The notes beneath the pieces were generated by a model. It did no database searches and was not told the origin of the DNA. It saw only the letters and a list, made by a program, of their open reading frames with translations. Shown in pieces: positions 49,216 to 58,102 of a stretch of DNA of 64,000 nucleotides. Location: NCBI GenBank assembly GCA_900547955.1, contig URIR01000001.1, positions 6,146 to 70,145 on the forward strand. Direction: 5' to 3'. A program made the position numbers and the translations under genes. This DNA comes from an uncultured Eubacteriales bacterium (lineage in GTDB: Bacteria; Bacillota; Clostridia; Christensenellales; QALW01). The first letter of the stretch is position 1. The number at the start of each line of letters is the position of its first letter.

Positions 49216-50958
49216 TCAGCTTGTCTTTTCGTCCTGTAGTGCATCGTAGCCGCGTTCACCTGTTCGGATTTTTATAGCGTCTTCCACGTCATATATAAAT
49301 ATCTTTCCGTCCCCGATATTGCCGGTGTACAGGGTTTCCTGCACGGCTTTTACAAGCGTTTCTACGGGTATTTTGCATATAACTATATCTATTTTAACTT
49401 TGGGCAGCAGCCTGGAGGAAACAGGCGCGCCCCGGAAATAGATAGCATGGCCTTTCTGCAGACCGTAGCCAAAGACGTTTGTAACAGTTATACCTGTAAC
49501 GCCCAGTTTATCGAGAGCTTCCTGTAGCTGAGCGAATTTGCTTTGATTGGTTAGTATGGTTACTTTAGTAAGCTTAGCGCCTTTTGTTTCATAATGCTTG
49601 ACAGGAACGGCGACGTCCTGTTCAATAGAGAGCGCTTCAGGGGAAACAGGCTCGGTGGTTTGCACGCATGCCGGAATATTTTCAATGGCTTCGGCGTTGA
49701 CTGCAAAATCTGGATATGCGATATTTCCATGTTCGCCTATGTCTAATCCCTGCAGTTCTTCTGCTTTGGAAACCCGTATGCCGATAGTTTTTTTAAGAGC
49801 CAGCCAAACCAAACCAGAAGCAATAAAGACAAAAGCGCCTATAGCTATAGTGCCCAATAATTGTATTCCCAGCAGCCCGAACCCTCCGCCGTATAAAAGA
49901 CCATTATCTGCCGAAAGGCTGGTTACGCCTTCTTTAGCGAAAATACCGACGCACAGCGTTCCTAGTATTCCGCAGCCAAGATGAACCGAAGTGGCGCCGA
50001 CGGGGTCGTCGATTTTTCTTTTATCAAAAAATCTTACTGCAAATACAACCAGGATTCCGGCAATAGCTCCAATAAGTAGTGACGCTTCAATGGACACATA
50101 TGCGCAGCCTCCGGTAATGGCGACCAGCCCTGCCAGGCATCCGTTTATAGTCATGCCCAAGTCAGGCTTTTTCATAATAAGCCAGGAGGCGGCTGTAGAG
50201 GTTAATACTGCGGCTATGGCGGAGCTGTTTGTAGTCATTAATATGTGGAATATATCCGAAGGGTTCTGAAAGCTCATGGTCGAGCCGGGATTAAAGCCGA
50301 ACCAGCCCAGCCAAAGCACAAACAGTCCTATAACGGCTAAAGACATGCTGTGACCTGGAATTGCACGAGGCTTTCCGTCCTTAGAATATTTTCCAATACG
50401 TGGTCCCAGCAACATGGCTCCGGAGAGCGCTGCCCAACCGCCGAGAGAATGCACTACCGCGTCTCCTGCAAAGTCCTTAAAGCCCAAGCTGGCAAGCCAT
50501 CCGCCTCCCCATACCCAATGGCCTACGATGGGATAAATGATAAGGGTGAGTACAAATGAAAATATAATGAAGGACACATATTTTACGCGCTCGGCAACTG
50601 CGCCGGAAACTATAGTGGCCGCTGTTCCGCAGAATACGAGCTGGAAGAAAAATTTCCCCCAAAATGGGACTGAGGAGGTTAAGGTGTCCTCATATGCGGA
50701 TAAATTCTGGCCGCCTAAAATAAATAAATTCTCTGTTCCCATAAAAGGATTGTTTCCGCCGAACATTATTCCCCAGCCAAGGAGCAGAAAGCCCAGGGAG
50801 GATACGGCAAATACTATAAAGTTTTTAGATAATATATTTACTGTGTTTTTTGCTCTGGCAAAGCCCGCTTCAACGCTTGCAAAGCCTAAATTCATAAAGA
50901 AAACAAGAATTGCTGCGAGAAATACCCATAGCGTATCTATTAAAGAATATTCCGTCAT
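49216..50958 (-). CDS. Ammonium transporter (Amt) fused to a C-terminal P-II (GlnB/GlnK-like) domain
   Basis: Amt TM core (AGDAVVHSLGGWAAL, FGFNPGS). The C-terminal ~115 aa read KLTKVTILTNQSKFAQLQEALDKLGVTGITVTNVFGYGLQKGH...GDGKIFIYDVEDAIKIRTGERG. Start at the ATG at 50958. Confidence 0.9.
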   Translation of the reverse strand: MTEYSLIDTLWVFLAAILVFFMNLGFASVEAGFARAKNTVNILSKNFIVFAVSSLGFLLLGWGIMFGGNNPFMGTENLFILGGQNLSAYEDTLTSSVPFWGKFFFQLVFCGTAATIVSGAVAERVKYVSFIIFSFVLTLIIYPIVGHWVWGGGWLASLGFKDFAGDAVVHSLGGWAALSGAMLLGPRIGKYSKDGKPRAIPGHSMSLAVIGLFVLWLGWFGFNPGSTMSFQNPSDIFHILMTTNSSAIAAVLTSTAASWLIMKKPDLGMTINGCLAGLVAITGGCAYVSIEASLLIGAIAGILVVFAVRFFDKRKIDDPVGATSVHLGCGILGTLCVGIFAKEGVTSLSADNGLLYGGGFGLLGIQLLGTIAIGAFVFIASGLVWLALKKTIGIRVSKAEELQGLDIGEHGNIAYPDFAVNAEAIENIPACVQTTEPVSPEALSIEQDVAVPVKHYETKGAKLTKVTILTNQSKFAQLQEALDKLGVTGITVTNVFGYGLQKGHAIYFRGAPVSSRLLPKVKIDIVICKIPVETLVKAVQETLYTGNIGDGKIFIYDVEDAIKIRTGERGYDALQDEKTS

Positions 50959-50971
50959 ACATACACCGCCC

Positions 50972-51024
50972 TTAAATAAAATAAAACAGGACAAAGGCGC
51001 TACCCGGGAACGCCTTTGTCCTGT
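50972..51024 (-). terminator. Leader hairpin plus U-tract at the 5' end of the amt transcript (attenuator or 5' stabiliser)
   Basis: 14-bp stem ACAGGACAAAGGCG / CGCCTTTGTCCTGT followed by TTTTATTTTATTT on the minus strand, about 15 nt before the RBS. Confidence 0.5.
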
Positions 51025-51031
51025 TGAGGAT

Positions 51032-51060
51032 ATTATATTGCCGTTTTATATTACTGTCAA
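51032..51060 (-). promoter_or_regulatory. Consensus sigma-A promoter (TTGACA, 17 nt spacer, TATAAT) for the amt-PII gene
   Basis: Read directly on the minus strand. Confidence 0.6.
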
Positions 51061-51302
51061 CACTTTTTTAAATTATTTGCTTTTGAAATAATAATAAAAA
51101 ATATATTATAGAGGATTAATTTTAAAAACGTTGACTCTTTGCATGTTGTTGGTTCGACAAATATATTTGATATTATTATTATTTTCTCCAGTTTGCATTT
51201 AGGTATTAAGTATCCAGAATTGTATTTGTGTTTTTTTACATATAATTGCTTTAAAAGCCGGATGTAATTTACTTTTTTAAATAAGCGTTTTAGTTTGCAG
51301 AT

Positions 51303-51579
51303 ACCCCCAGTTTACAAGGAACTACACGCCTCAAAACCGAGATAATTTCTTCATTTTCTGCGTTATCCTCAATTATCGTACTCATAAGTAACGCTTTCTT
51401 GGTCCGCCTTGAAAATGAAGAAATTTTCTCTCTTTGAGGCCGCAGAGTCAGCAGGCATAAAATTTGCGTCAGGTAAAGCGCGCTTGAAGGAGGAATGCAC
51501 CGGGCGCACATGAAATTAAAGCAGCGCGGCAGGACGCAGATTTTATGCATTCTGAACGTCTTCCTTGTAAGCTGAGGGT
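51303..51579 (-). repeat. MITE-like repeat, copy 4 (277 bp)
   Basis: Same element and same orientation as copies 2 and 3, flanked by TA. Confidence 0.8.
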
Positions 51580-51827
51580 ACAACAAGGTTTATAATCAGA
51601 GAGACTAAAGAGTATCAAATGCGTATACTGTCTGATTTAAGCGTGATATGCGTTATTATTCAGGTTATATTTGAAATTTTCATAAATGCGGCATAATCAG
51701 CTAAAAGTCAAAACAAAGGAAGAGTAAGTCAAATTAGTAAATTGAATTTGGGTGTTACTGACATTATAATTTTAATATACTGCTGACCTTATTATAAATT
51801 ACGGTCGGCACATAAGGAGGATTCAGT

Positions 51828-53801
51828 ATGAGAAAATGGTTATGCGCGGCAATAAGTGCGCTGCTTATTGTCTTGGTAATGCCTTTTTCCGCTTTTGCGG
51901 AGGAAACTGTGCTTGATGCTGTTTGGGATTATTCGATAATATATAATAGGCCCAATCCCGGAGAAACCAATCAGGCGTCAAGCCTGTTCTGTATGAACCA
52001 GGTCAATAATGCAAATGACACTTACAAGCTAGGACAGCTTGTATCAAAATATGATCCGCAAACTAAAATGATTACGCTTACCAATAAGCATGCGAAGAAA
52101 TATAATCAGGTATACGATAAAATATTATCCAATAATAATCCGAATGGTTTCGGATATTTTATAAGAAATAATCATCAGGGACGCAATTATATTGCGATTG
52201 ACGCAGTAAATAACAGCGGCGTTAAGGTGGGAGTGGGGCTTACCCTGCAGGCTAAAGCGGGGGATTCGTATGTAAGATATTTTGAGCCTGATTCAAATTA
52301 TTATCTTATGGATGAAAACCAAAATATTGTTAAGGCGGATACTGACGCTTGGACGGCCGGCCTGGGCAGCGGAACAACCGATTATTACTGCTTGCTGCCT
52401 GCGGGCTTTAAGGGAACGATATATGTTGATATGGCCGGGTTCAGAAATTTAGGCGGATATACATTTGACCAGATTGAAGCGGTAGCCTTTGAAATACGCA
52501 GCGCGGCCTCTGCTGCGGCTGCAAGTGAACAGAACCCGCAGAATCTGGAAATCCAGCTCGGAAATTTCCGTCTGACTCAGAATATGCCCAAGGCGCTTAC
52601 CAGAATAGAGGTTTCCAGACTTCCCGACAAGCTTATTTGTGTTAAGGATGAAAATTTGTCCTTAGACGGAGGAGAGCTTACCTTGGTTTATGGCGGCGGC
52701 TATTATGATAGCGTTGTTATTCCAATGAATGATCCGTCGGTAACCGTTTCCATTCCGGAAGGAGAAGCCTTTGGAATCAGGAACATAGAGCTGGGGATAG
52801 CCGGGCAGCACATTAAAACTTCTATAGAAATTAATGTGCTGCCCGCAGCCCTTAAAGGCATATCAGTAAAAACGCCGCCGCGTACTCAATATGCGGTAAA
52901 TGATTGCTTAAATGCCGAGGGCGGCGTGTTGACGCTGCTTTTTGACGGCAATCAAAAAGCGGAGATACCTATGGAAACCGCCGGAGTGGAGATTATATGC
53001 GATACGTCTTTAATGGGCAAAAAGAAGGCCAAGGTGCTTTACGGCGGCTTTGAAGCTGAATTCATGATTGAAGTTTTGGATATATTGGTATTGAAAAGCT
53101 TTAATGAAATGGAAGACGTACAATTTACACAGCCTGCCGGCGATGATTATACATTTGCAAAGGGTACTTTGAAAAATGGCCGGCTTAGTTTGGAAAACAT
53201 ACCTAACGAGGATAAGGATACTTACTTTATTTGGTCGTTTAAATCTTCTATTATGGGCCAAAGATTTGCTGCCGGGCATGAGGGCTATGATTATGTTTGC
53301 TTTGATGTGGAAAATAATACGGGAGAGGATGTTGCCTTTACCAGTCTATTATGCCGTACAGGCAGCGTTTCCATGGTATCGGATAACGGTTATCTTTTAG
53401 CCGAGCGCAACAGCAATCCTGTTCCCGGCGACCATATGATAAGCGCTATCTTCCCCTGGAGTCATGCTAACAACCGTTACGTTATTGTGCCGGCCGGGTT
53501 CTCAGGAATCATCATGATGAGCCTTAAGGACTTTGAGATAAAGCAGGGCCCGTATAACGGCGGAACCGAAATGACGCTGGACGAAGTAACCTATTTGGAC
53601 ATTCAGTTCCGTTACGGGGGGGATAAAATAATAGACGGCAATATAACCGTAGGGGATATATTCCTTTGTAAGGATGGATTTATTAAAGCGCAGGAGACGG
53701 GAGACGATTCTTTTCCTGCCGCTGCGCTGGGATTGGTTGTGCTGCCTCCTCTGACCGTACTTCTTTATTGCATGATTTTCAAAAAACGTCAGTATAGGTA
53801 A
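51828..53801 (+). CDS. Secreted surface protein with a C-terminal TM anchor; function unknown
   Basis: Signal peptide (..PFSAFAEE) and a C-terminal hydrophobic helix followed by KKRQYR. Confidence 0.6.
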   Translation: MRKWLCAAISALLIVLVMPFSAFAEETVLDAVWDYSIIYNRPNPGETNQASSLFCMNQVNNANDTYKLGQLVSKYDPQTKMITLTNKHAKKYNQVYDKILSNNNPNGFGYFIRNNHQGRNYIAIDAVNNSGVKVGVGLTLQAKAGDSYVRYFEPDSNYYLMDENQNIVKADTDAWTAGLGSGTTDYYCLLPAGFKGTIYVDMAGFRNLGGYTFDQIEAVAFEIRSAASAAAASEQNPQNLEIQLGNFRLTQNMPKALTRIEVSRLPDKLICVKDENLSLDGGELTLVYGGGYYDSVVIPMNDPSVTVSIPEGEAFGIRNIELGIAGQHIKTSIEINVLPAALKGISVKTPPRTQYAVNDCLNAEGGVLTLLFDGNQKAEIPMETAGVEIICDTSLMGKKKAKVLYGGFEAEFMIEVLDILVLKSFNEMEDVQFTQPAGDDYTFAKGTLKNGRLSLENIPNEDKDTYFIWSFKSSIMGQRFAAGHEGYDYVCFDVENNTGEDVAFTSLLCRTGSVSMVSDNGYLLAERNSNPVPGDHMISAIFPWSHANNRYVIVPAGFSGIIMMSLKDFEIKQGPYNGGTEMTLDEVTYLDIQFRYGGDKIIDGNITVGDIFLCKDGFIKAQETGDDSFPAAALGLVVLPPLTVLLYCMIFKKRQYR

Positions 53802-53902
53802 TATTCTCGATTACTGCCTTAGGTCAATAATTGCAGTTATGGCGGCTTATATAAAATAAATATGGTTTAAATATAAAAAATAATTAAAATTGAGGGATAA
53901 AA

Positions 53903-55021
53903 ATGAAAATTAGAAGAGTTTGTATAGCTATAATAGCTTTGATAGTGTGCGGCTGCGGATGTTCCGCTCAGCAGACCGGGACGTCTGCTTCCGCTTCTGC
54001 GACGGCTCAGACTGATTTCGCTGCGGAAGCAACCAAGTCTCCCAACGCTTCTTTTCCGCAAGGCACGCCGTCGGGAACTGCCGCTGGTTGGCCAACCGGC
54101 GGCCGGACGAACGGCCAGTCTACGGCTTCTGCTACGTCCGAACCTGTCCAGTCTCAGTCTGCCCCGCCTGTGCAGGATGCGTTTAACCCGATTGCACGTT
54201 TTATTATAACTACTGATATTCATTATCCTGTTAAACTGGAAAAGCTAATGACTCAGGCATATGCCTATGCCGAAAAGCAGACATATAAGAATTTGGACGC
54301 GCTGCTTATAGCGGGCGACATTAATCAGGATACGGATGAGCAGGGGATACAGTCGTATAAACAGGTCATATCTAATAAAGTGAAAGAGGGCACTCAAATA
54401 ATAACCTGCATGGGCAATCATGAGTTTATGGAGGATACGGAAAACTGGGAGACAGTAGGAATCAAATATTATACTCAAGAAAAATCTGTACAAATGTATA
54501 AAGAGATGACTGGCGAGGAACCCAACGTGCATAAAGTAATCAACGGCATCCATATAATCGCCTGGTCGCCCACTATTTCTTCTTCTAATGTTATTTCATA
54601 TGCCGATAACATATCATGGCTGAAAGAACAGCTTGAAATTGCGGCTGCAGATTCAAAGACCAATCCTATTTTGGTTATGCAGCATTATCCTGTGCGCAAT
54701 ACCTCTTACATTACTGGAAGCACGGCAATGACCAATATAAGTCTGAATGAGGCGGATAAGCTTTTTAAGCAATATCCGCAGATAATAAATTTGACGGGGC
54801 ATAGTCATAATCCCCTGGCATTTACTACAGCCATAGTGCAGACAGATTACACATCTATAAATTGCGGAGTAGGGTATGGTTACGGAGCGGCTATAGATTT
54901 TATGGGTTCAATGCTTAATACTGAAGGCGCTCAGCAAATGCTTATTGCAGAGATAGACGCGTCAGGAGAAACCAGGCTGATTGTATGGGATAACCAATCA
55001 AATACAGCGTTCTATGATTAG
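53903..55021 (+). CDS. Calcineurin-like metallophosphoesterase lipoprotein
   Basis: Lipobox VCGCGC, then GDINQD, GNHEF and GHSHNP motifs. Confidence 0.75.
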   Translation: MKIRRVCIAIIALIVCGCGCSAQQTGTSASASATAQTDFAAEATKSPNASFPQGTPSGTAAGWPTGGRTNGQSTASATSEPVQSQSAPPVQDAFNPIARFIITTDIHYPVKLEKLMTQAYAYAEKQTYKNLDALLIAGDINQDTDEQGIQSYKQVISNKVKEGTQIITCMGNHEFMEDTENWETVGIKYYTQEKSVQMYKEMTGEEPNVHKVINGIHIIAWSPTISSSNVISYADNISWLKEQLEIAAADSKTNPILVMQHYPVRNTSYITGSTAMTNISLNEADKLFKQYPQIINLTGHSHNPLAFTTAIVQTDYTSINCGVGYGYGAAIDFMGSMLNTEGAQQMLIAEIDASGETRLIVWDNQSNTAFYD

Positions 55022-55198
55022 CCCTGGACTATCATCCACCGCCCTGACCGTACCTCTTGTGTTCGGCTCGATGGGGTGGGGATCGGCACCCATCTGCAAG
55101 AGCATAATCCTTGTGCCGGGCGGGTAGTTGTCCTTCATACGCTGTGCAAAGCGCCTTTCTGCTTCCAATCTGTTCATGTTGTATTCTCCCTTCGTCAT
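54998..55198 (-). pseudogene. DUF4314-like gene with a truncated or replaced C-terminus
   Basis: MKDNYPPGTRIMLLQMGADPHPIEPNTRGTVRAVDDS matches the DUF4314 pattern. The tail LIIERCI reads into the neighbouring gene's 3' end. Confidence 0.5.
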
Positions 55199-56049
55199 AG
55201 CTGCATAGTTCCGAAATGCGGGCTTTCAGACATTCTCTGTCGGAAATCTGTTTCGTTTTCCATAAAATAATCATCGCCGCTGTGCCAGAAAGACACATAA
55301 ATATCTCCGTCATCGGTCTTGATTTCACGCTGTTCCAGACCTTCTCCAAAGCCGTCCGCCGCCTGACCGATCAGTTCGCCGATCCATTCCTGTTCTTCTG
55401 CCGATGAAAAGGCTTCCCGAAGACCGGTGCGGATCACGCCGTACAGCTCGTCGCCGACTTCCTGTACATCCCAAACAGCGGAGACAAGTTTAGATTTTGC
55501 GGATTCGCTGCCGTCAAAATAGTCCGCCATATTATGAAGGTCGCGCTCCTGTTCGCGCTTTACAAGTTCACGGATTGCATCCTCATGGGCAACGCCGTAA
55601 CCGTTGCCGGCCTCGTACCAATCCCCATATTCTTCATCGGTCATGTGGATTTGGAGAGGGCAGTAATAATTAACGGTAACGCTGATAAGCTCCTCCGTCA
55701 TGGCTTTGATATCTTCCATCACTGCCTGCGGAGAGAAATACTGACCGTGGATGATATGCTGTTCCAGTTCTTCCAAAATTTCCGGTCTGGCGTTTTCTAC
55801 CATGTGGGCGCACAGGTTGGCGTCTTCCAATGAATGAGATGGTTTAAACAGCACTGCCAAGCTGCTGCCGATATCCGAATCGGCAAAGAGCTTTACCTGA
55901 ATGCCGCTGTCCTCATCGTCGTTAATGGGAATGTCCCGTAGTCGGCTGCGGATACCGATCTGCGACAGATCATACAGCAGGGAGAAGGGGTTAGAGGGAA
56001 GGTTCAGCACGGCTGTTTGATCTCCGTTTTGAATCAGTGCGTTAATCAT
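55195..56049 (-). CDS. Hypothetical acidic protein (mobile-element associated)
   Basis: Clean 284-aa ORF that overlaps its neighbours by a few nt. No motif recognised. Confidence 0.5.
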   Translation of the reverse strand: MINALIQNGDQTAVLNLPSNPFSLLYDLSQIGIRSRLRDIPINDDEDSGIQVKLFADSDIGSSLAVLFKPSHSLEDANLCAHMVENARPEILEELEQHIIHGQYFSPQAVMEDIKAMTEELISVTVNYYCPLQIHMTDEEYGDWYEAGNGYGVAHEDAIRELVKREQERDLHNMADYFDGSESAKSKLVSAVWDVQEVGDELYGVIRTGLREAFSSAEEQEWIGELIGQAADGFGEGLEQREIKTDDGDIYVSFWHSGDDYFMENETDFRQRMSESPHFGTMQL

Positions 56050-56734
56050 ATCGTACCTCCGTATTATTTAAGATTGCAGTGCCATAGCGGGCGATGGTTA
56101 CCGCCTGCACGATCAGACGGAAGGCATTGTCGGAGATAATACCGCTGTCTGCCAGTTCACACAGCGATATTTGCTTCTCACCGGTCTGCAGCTCTTTTAC
56201 CGCTTTCCACAGGGCGTAGCAGTCTGTCGGTACATCTCCGAGACGAACGCTTTTGAAATCGATCCTGCCGTTTGGGGAGAACAGGTGCTTTGTTTTTCTC
56301 CACAGTATATGGTCGGCAGTCAGCAGATACAAAACAGCAAGAACCTTTTTGCAGGGCTTTCGCAGAGATGATCGCTCGGCTTCAAAAATCTGCTTATGCC
56401 TGTTGTTTTGGAAAATCATTTCTGCATCATCCTTTCGGTGGTATATTTGTGACAGGCGTTTTTGAAATGCTGTATTTTGGGCATCTCTGAAAACAGCTTT
56501 TACTGCATCGCCGGCAGAAGCAGCGCCGCAGGCAAGCCGGATATCCAGCACCGGACAGACCTGGACAGTGCATCCGTCTTTTTTCCTGTAGTAGAGACAG
56601 AATTTGCAATCGCAGTCTTTCCCGGTGTATTTGTATAGGCTGCAGTTTCTGCCTCCGCCACGCTGTATGCCGCCGGGAGGACGTTTCATCATCGCCTCCA
56701 CACTGTTGAGGGACGGGGTATTGGTAAAATACAT
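56042..56734 (-). CDS. Hypothetical Cys-containing protein (mobile-element associated)
   Basis: Start at the ATG at 56734 (RBS AAGGAG). Contains the CDCKFCLYYRKKDGCTVQVC cluster. Confidence 0.5.
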   Translation of the reverse strand: MYFTNTPSLNSVEAMMKRPPGGIQRGGGRNCSLYKYTGKDCDCKFCLYYRKKDGCTVQVCPVLDIRLACGAASAGDAVKAVFRDAQNTAFQKRLSQIYHRKDDAEMIFQNNRHKQIFEAERSSLRKPCKKVLAVLYLLTADHILWRKTKHLFSPNGRIDFKSVRLGDVPTDCYALWKAVKELQTGEKQISLCELADSGIISDNAFRLIVQAVTIARYGTAILNNTEVRYD

Positions 56735-57002
56735 TTTGATCGCTCCTTTGAAATAAAAAAAGCCCGAAGTCTTTTGCAAAACTTCGGGCAGTGAAAACGC
56801 AGAAACAGCAGACAAGTTTTTAATGACTTGTCTGCCGTTTGAAGCAGTTATTCTGTTGTACGGGAGTTCAAATCTATCCGCAAAGCAAAAACAGCCGTTT
56901 TATATCTACGAATATGCGCCTTGAAATCCCGGTGTTTGGGCAGCAAAAAACCCCGATTTTATCGGGGTTTATGCGGAACATATCTTTTTTATGTTCCTGT
57001 TA

Positions 57003-57303
57003 TGGTGCGAGTGGAGGGACTTGAACCCTCACGCTGTCTCCAACCCGGGATTTTCGTACTGCTCTATGTTGCCATAGCCGCTTATTTTTAAACGTTGCAG
57101 TCTGGACTATACCTTCGCCCTGCCTGAAGCTTAGGCTGGGGGCGCGCGCCGTCTAGTCTCTACACGTTCCCTTGTTTAAGGGCTTCGCTCGGTATTGTCC
57201 AAAAAATGGAGTTCCACCGAATTTGACGCGATTCACGCCGGGGATTTCGCCCCGGGTGCTCAAATTTTAAGTCCCGTGCGTCTGCCGGTTCCGCCACACT
57301 CGC
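57003..57303 (-). tRNA. tRNA-Leu(UAA) interrupted by a group I intron (exons 57269..57303 and 57003..57054, CCA encoded)
   Basis: The spliced sequence GCGAGTG TG GCGGAACCGGCAGACGC A CGGGA CTTAAAA TCCCG GGTTGGAGACAGCGT GAGGGTTCAAGTCCCTC CACTCGC ACCA folds as a class II tRNA with anticodon UAA. Confidence 0.85.
57055..57268 (-). ncRNA. Group I intron (IC3-like, 214 nt) between U34 and A35 of tRNA-Leu
   Basis: The 5' splice-site U can form a U-G pair in a P1 helix (GGGACUU / GAGCACCC), and the intron ends in G. Core strings GTCAAATTCGGTGGAAC, GTGTAGAGACTAGACGGCG, CCTAAGC and GGTATAGTCC match my memory of the Azoarcus/Anabaena tRNA introns. Confidence 0.8.
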
Positions 57304-57536
57304 ATATCAACGCCTATTTATAATATCACGCTTCGGAATTTTGAGCAAGCGATTTTTTAAGCGTCTTGATTTTTGCATAAACGCGTTTTCATGCGCCGAT
57401 AGGCGTGCGGACAAATACGCGGGGATGTAAAGTTAATTTTTTTGATTTTGGTCTAACCTCCTCGACAATTTATCCGTTTTTAAGGGGAGTTAAATAGGTA
57501 TGCAAAAGGAAAAATGCGTGATTTCGCTTTTTTTGG

Positions 57537-57565
57537 TTGACAGGAGGGCGTTTGTATGGTAAAGT
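57537..57565 (+). promoter_or_regulatory. Candidate promoter of the rpmG-secE-nusG cluster (TTGACA, 17 nt spacer, TAAAGT)
   Basis: Read directly, about 60 nt upstream of rpmG. Confidence 0.4.
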
Positions 57566-57626
57566 TATTAAGCATTTGAGAAAATGCTTTTATTTTGTGT
57601 GCTTAAAAGTCGGAGGTGTTAGAAGA

Positions 57627-57788
57627 ATGGCTGCCGGACAGAGGAACAACGTAACTCTTGCGTGCGTTGACTGCAAGAATAGAAACTACATTACCAGTAA
57701 AAACAAGAAAAACGATCCTGACCGTCTTGAGATTAAGAAATATTGTCCCGTTTGCAAAAGCCATACCGCTCATAAGGAGACTAAATAA
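57627..57788 (+). CDS. rpmG: 50S ribosomal protein L33
   Basis: [53 protein letters not shown]. Start moved to the internal ATG. Confidence 0.95.
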   Translation: MAAGQRNNVTLACVDCKNRNYITSKNKKNDPDRLEIKKYCPVCKSHTAHKETK

Positions 57789-57827
57789 GCGGTAGGACCT
57801 TATTATTTGAGGATGTGAAAAAGAAAA

Positions 57828-58088
57828 ATGGCAGACAAGATTGAAAAGGAAGCCAAGCAGAAGCCCGTTAAGGCAAATAAAGAAAAAAAGAAGCGTTCCA
57901 ACCCAATTAAGGATATGGTGCATGAACTTAAAAAGGTTACATGGCCGTCCCGCCAGGAGCTTAAGAATTATTCAATAGGCGTATTTATATTCGTTATAAT
58001 AATGGCGGTTATAACGGGTATTATGGATTTTGGCGTCAACGAGCTTTTGTCGCTGCTTACTGACGATTTTGCGGCGCTGTTTCAATAA
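57828..58088 (+). CDS. secE: Preprotein translocase subunit SecE
   Basis: KDMVHELKKVTWPSRQEL followed by a single TM helix. Conserved position. Confidence 0.9.
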   Translation: MADKIEKEAKQKPVKANKEKKKRSNPIKDMVHELKKVTWPSRQELKNYSIGVFIFVIIMAVITGIMDFGVNELLSLLTDDFAALFQ

Positions 58089-58102
58089 AAGGGAGCTTCC
58101 TA

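Larger units (their letters stand above)
55022..57002 (-). mobile_element. Remnant of an integrative/conjugative element next to the tRNA-Leu 3' end (no integrase left)
   Basis: Contains a 3'-truncated DUF4314-like gene and two ORFs of a type I associate with clostridial conjugative elements. It lies immediately 3' of the tRNA. Its left edge coincides with the stop codon of the phosphoesterase gene. Confidence 0.5.

Noticed and set aside
57003-57303. First impression of a tmRNA (ssrA), because of the ~300-nt length and the tRNA-like 3' end with CCA
   Set aside because: There is no tag reading frame and no tmRNA pseudoknot pattern. Both halves instead assemble into a complete tRNA-Leu with an anticodon loop, and the insert has group I intron core sequences.
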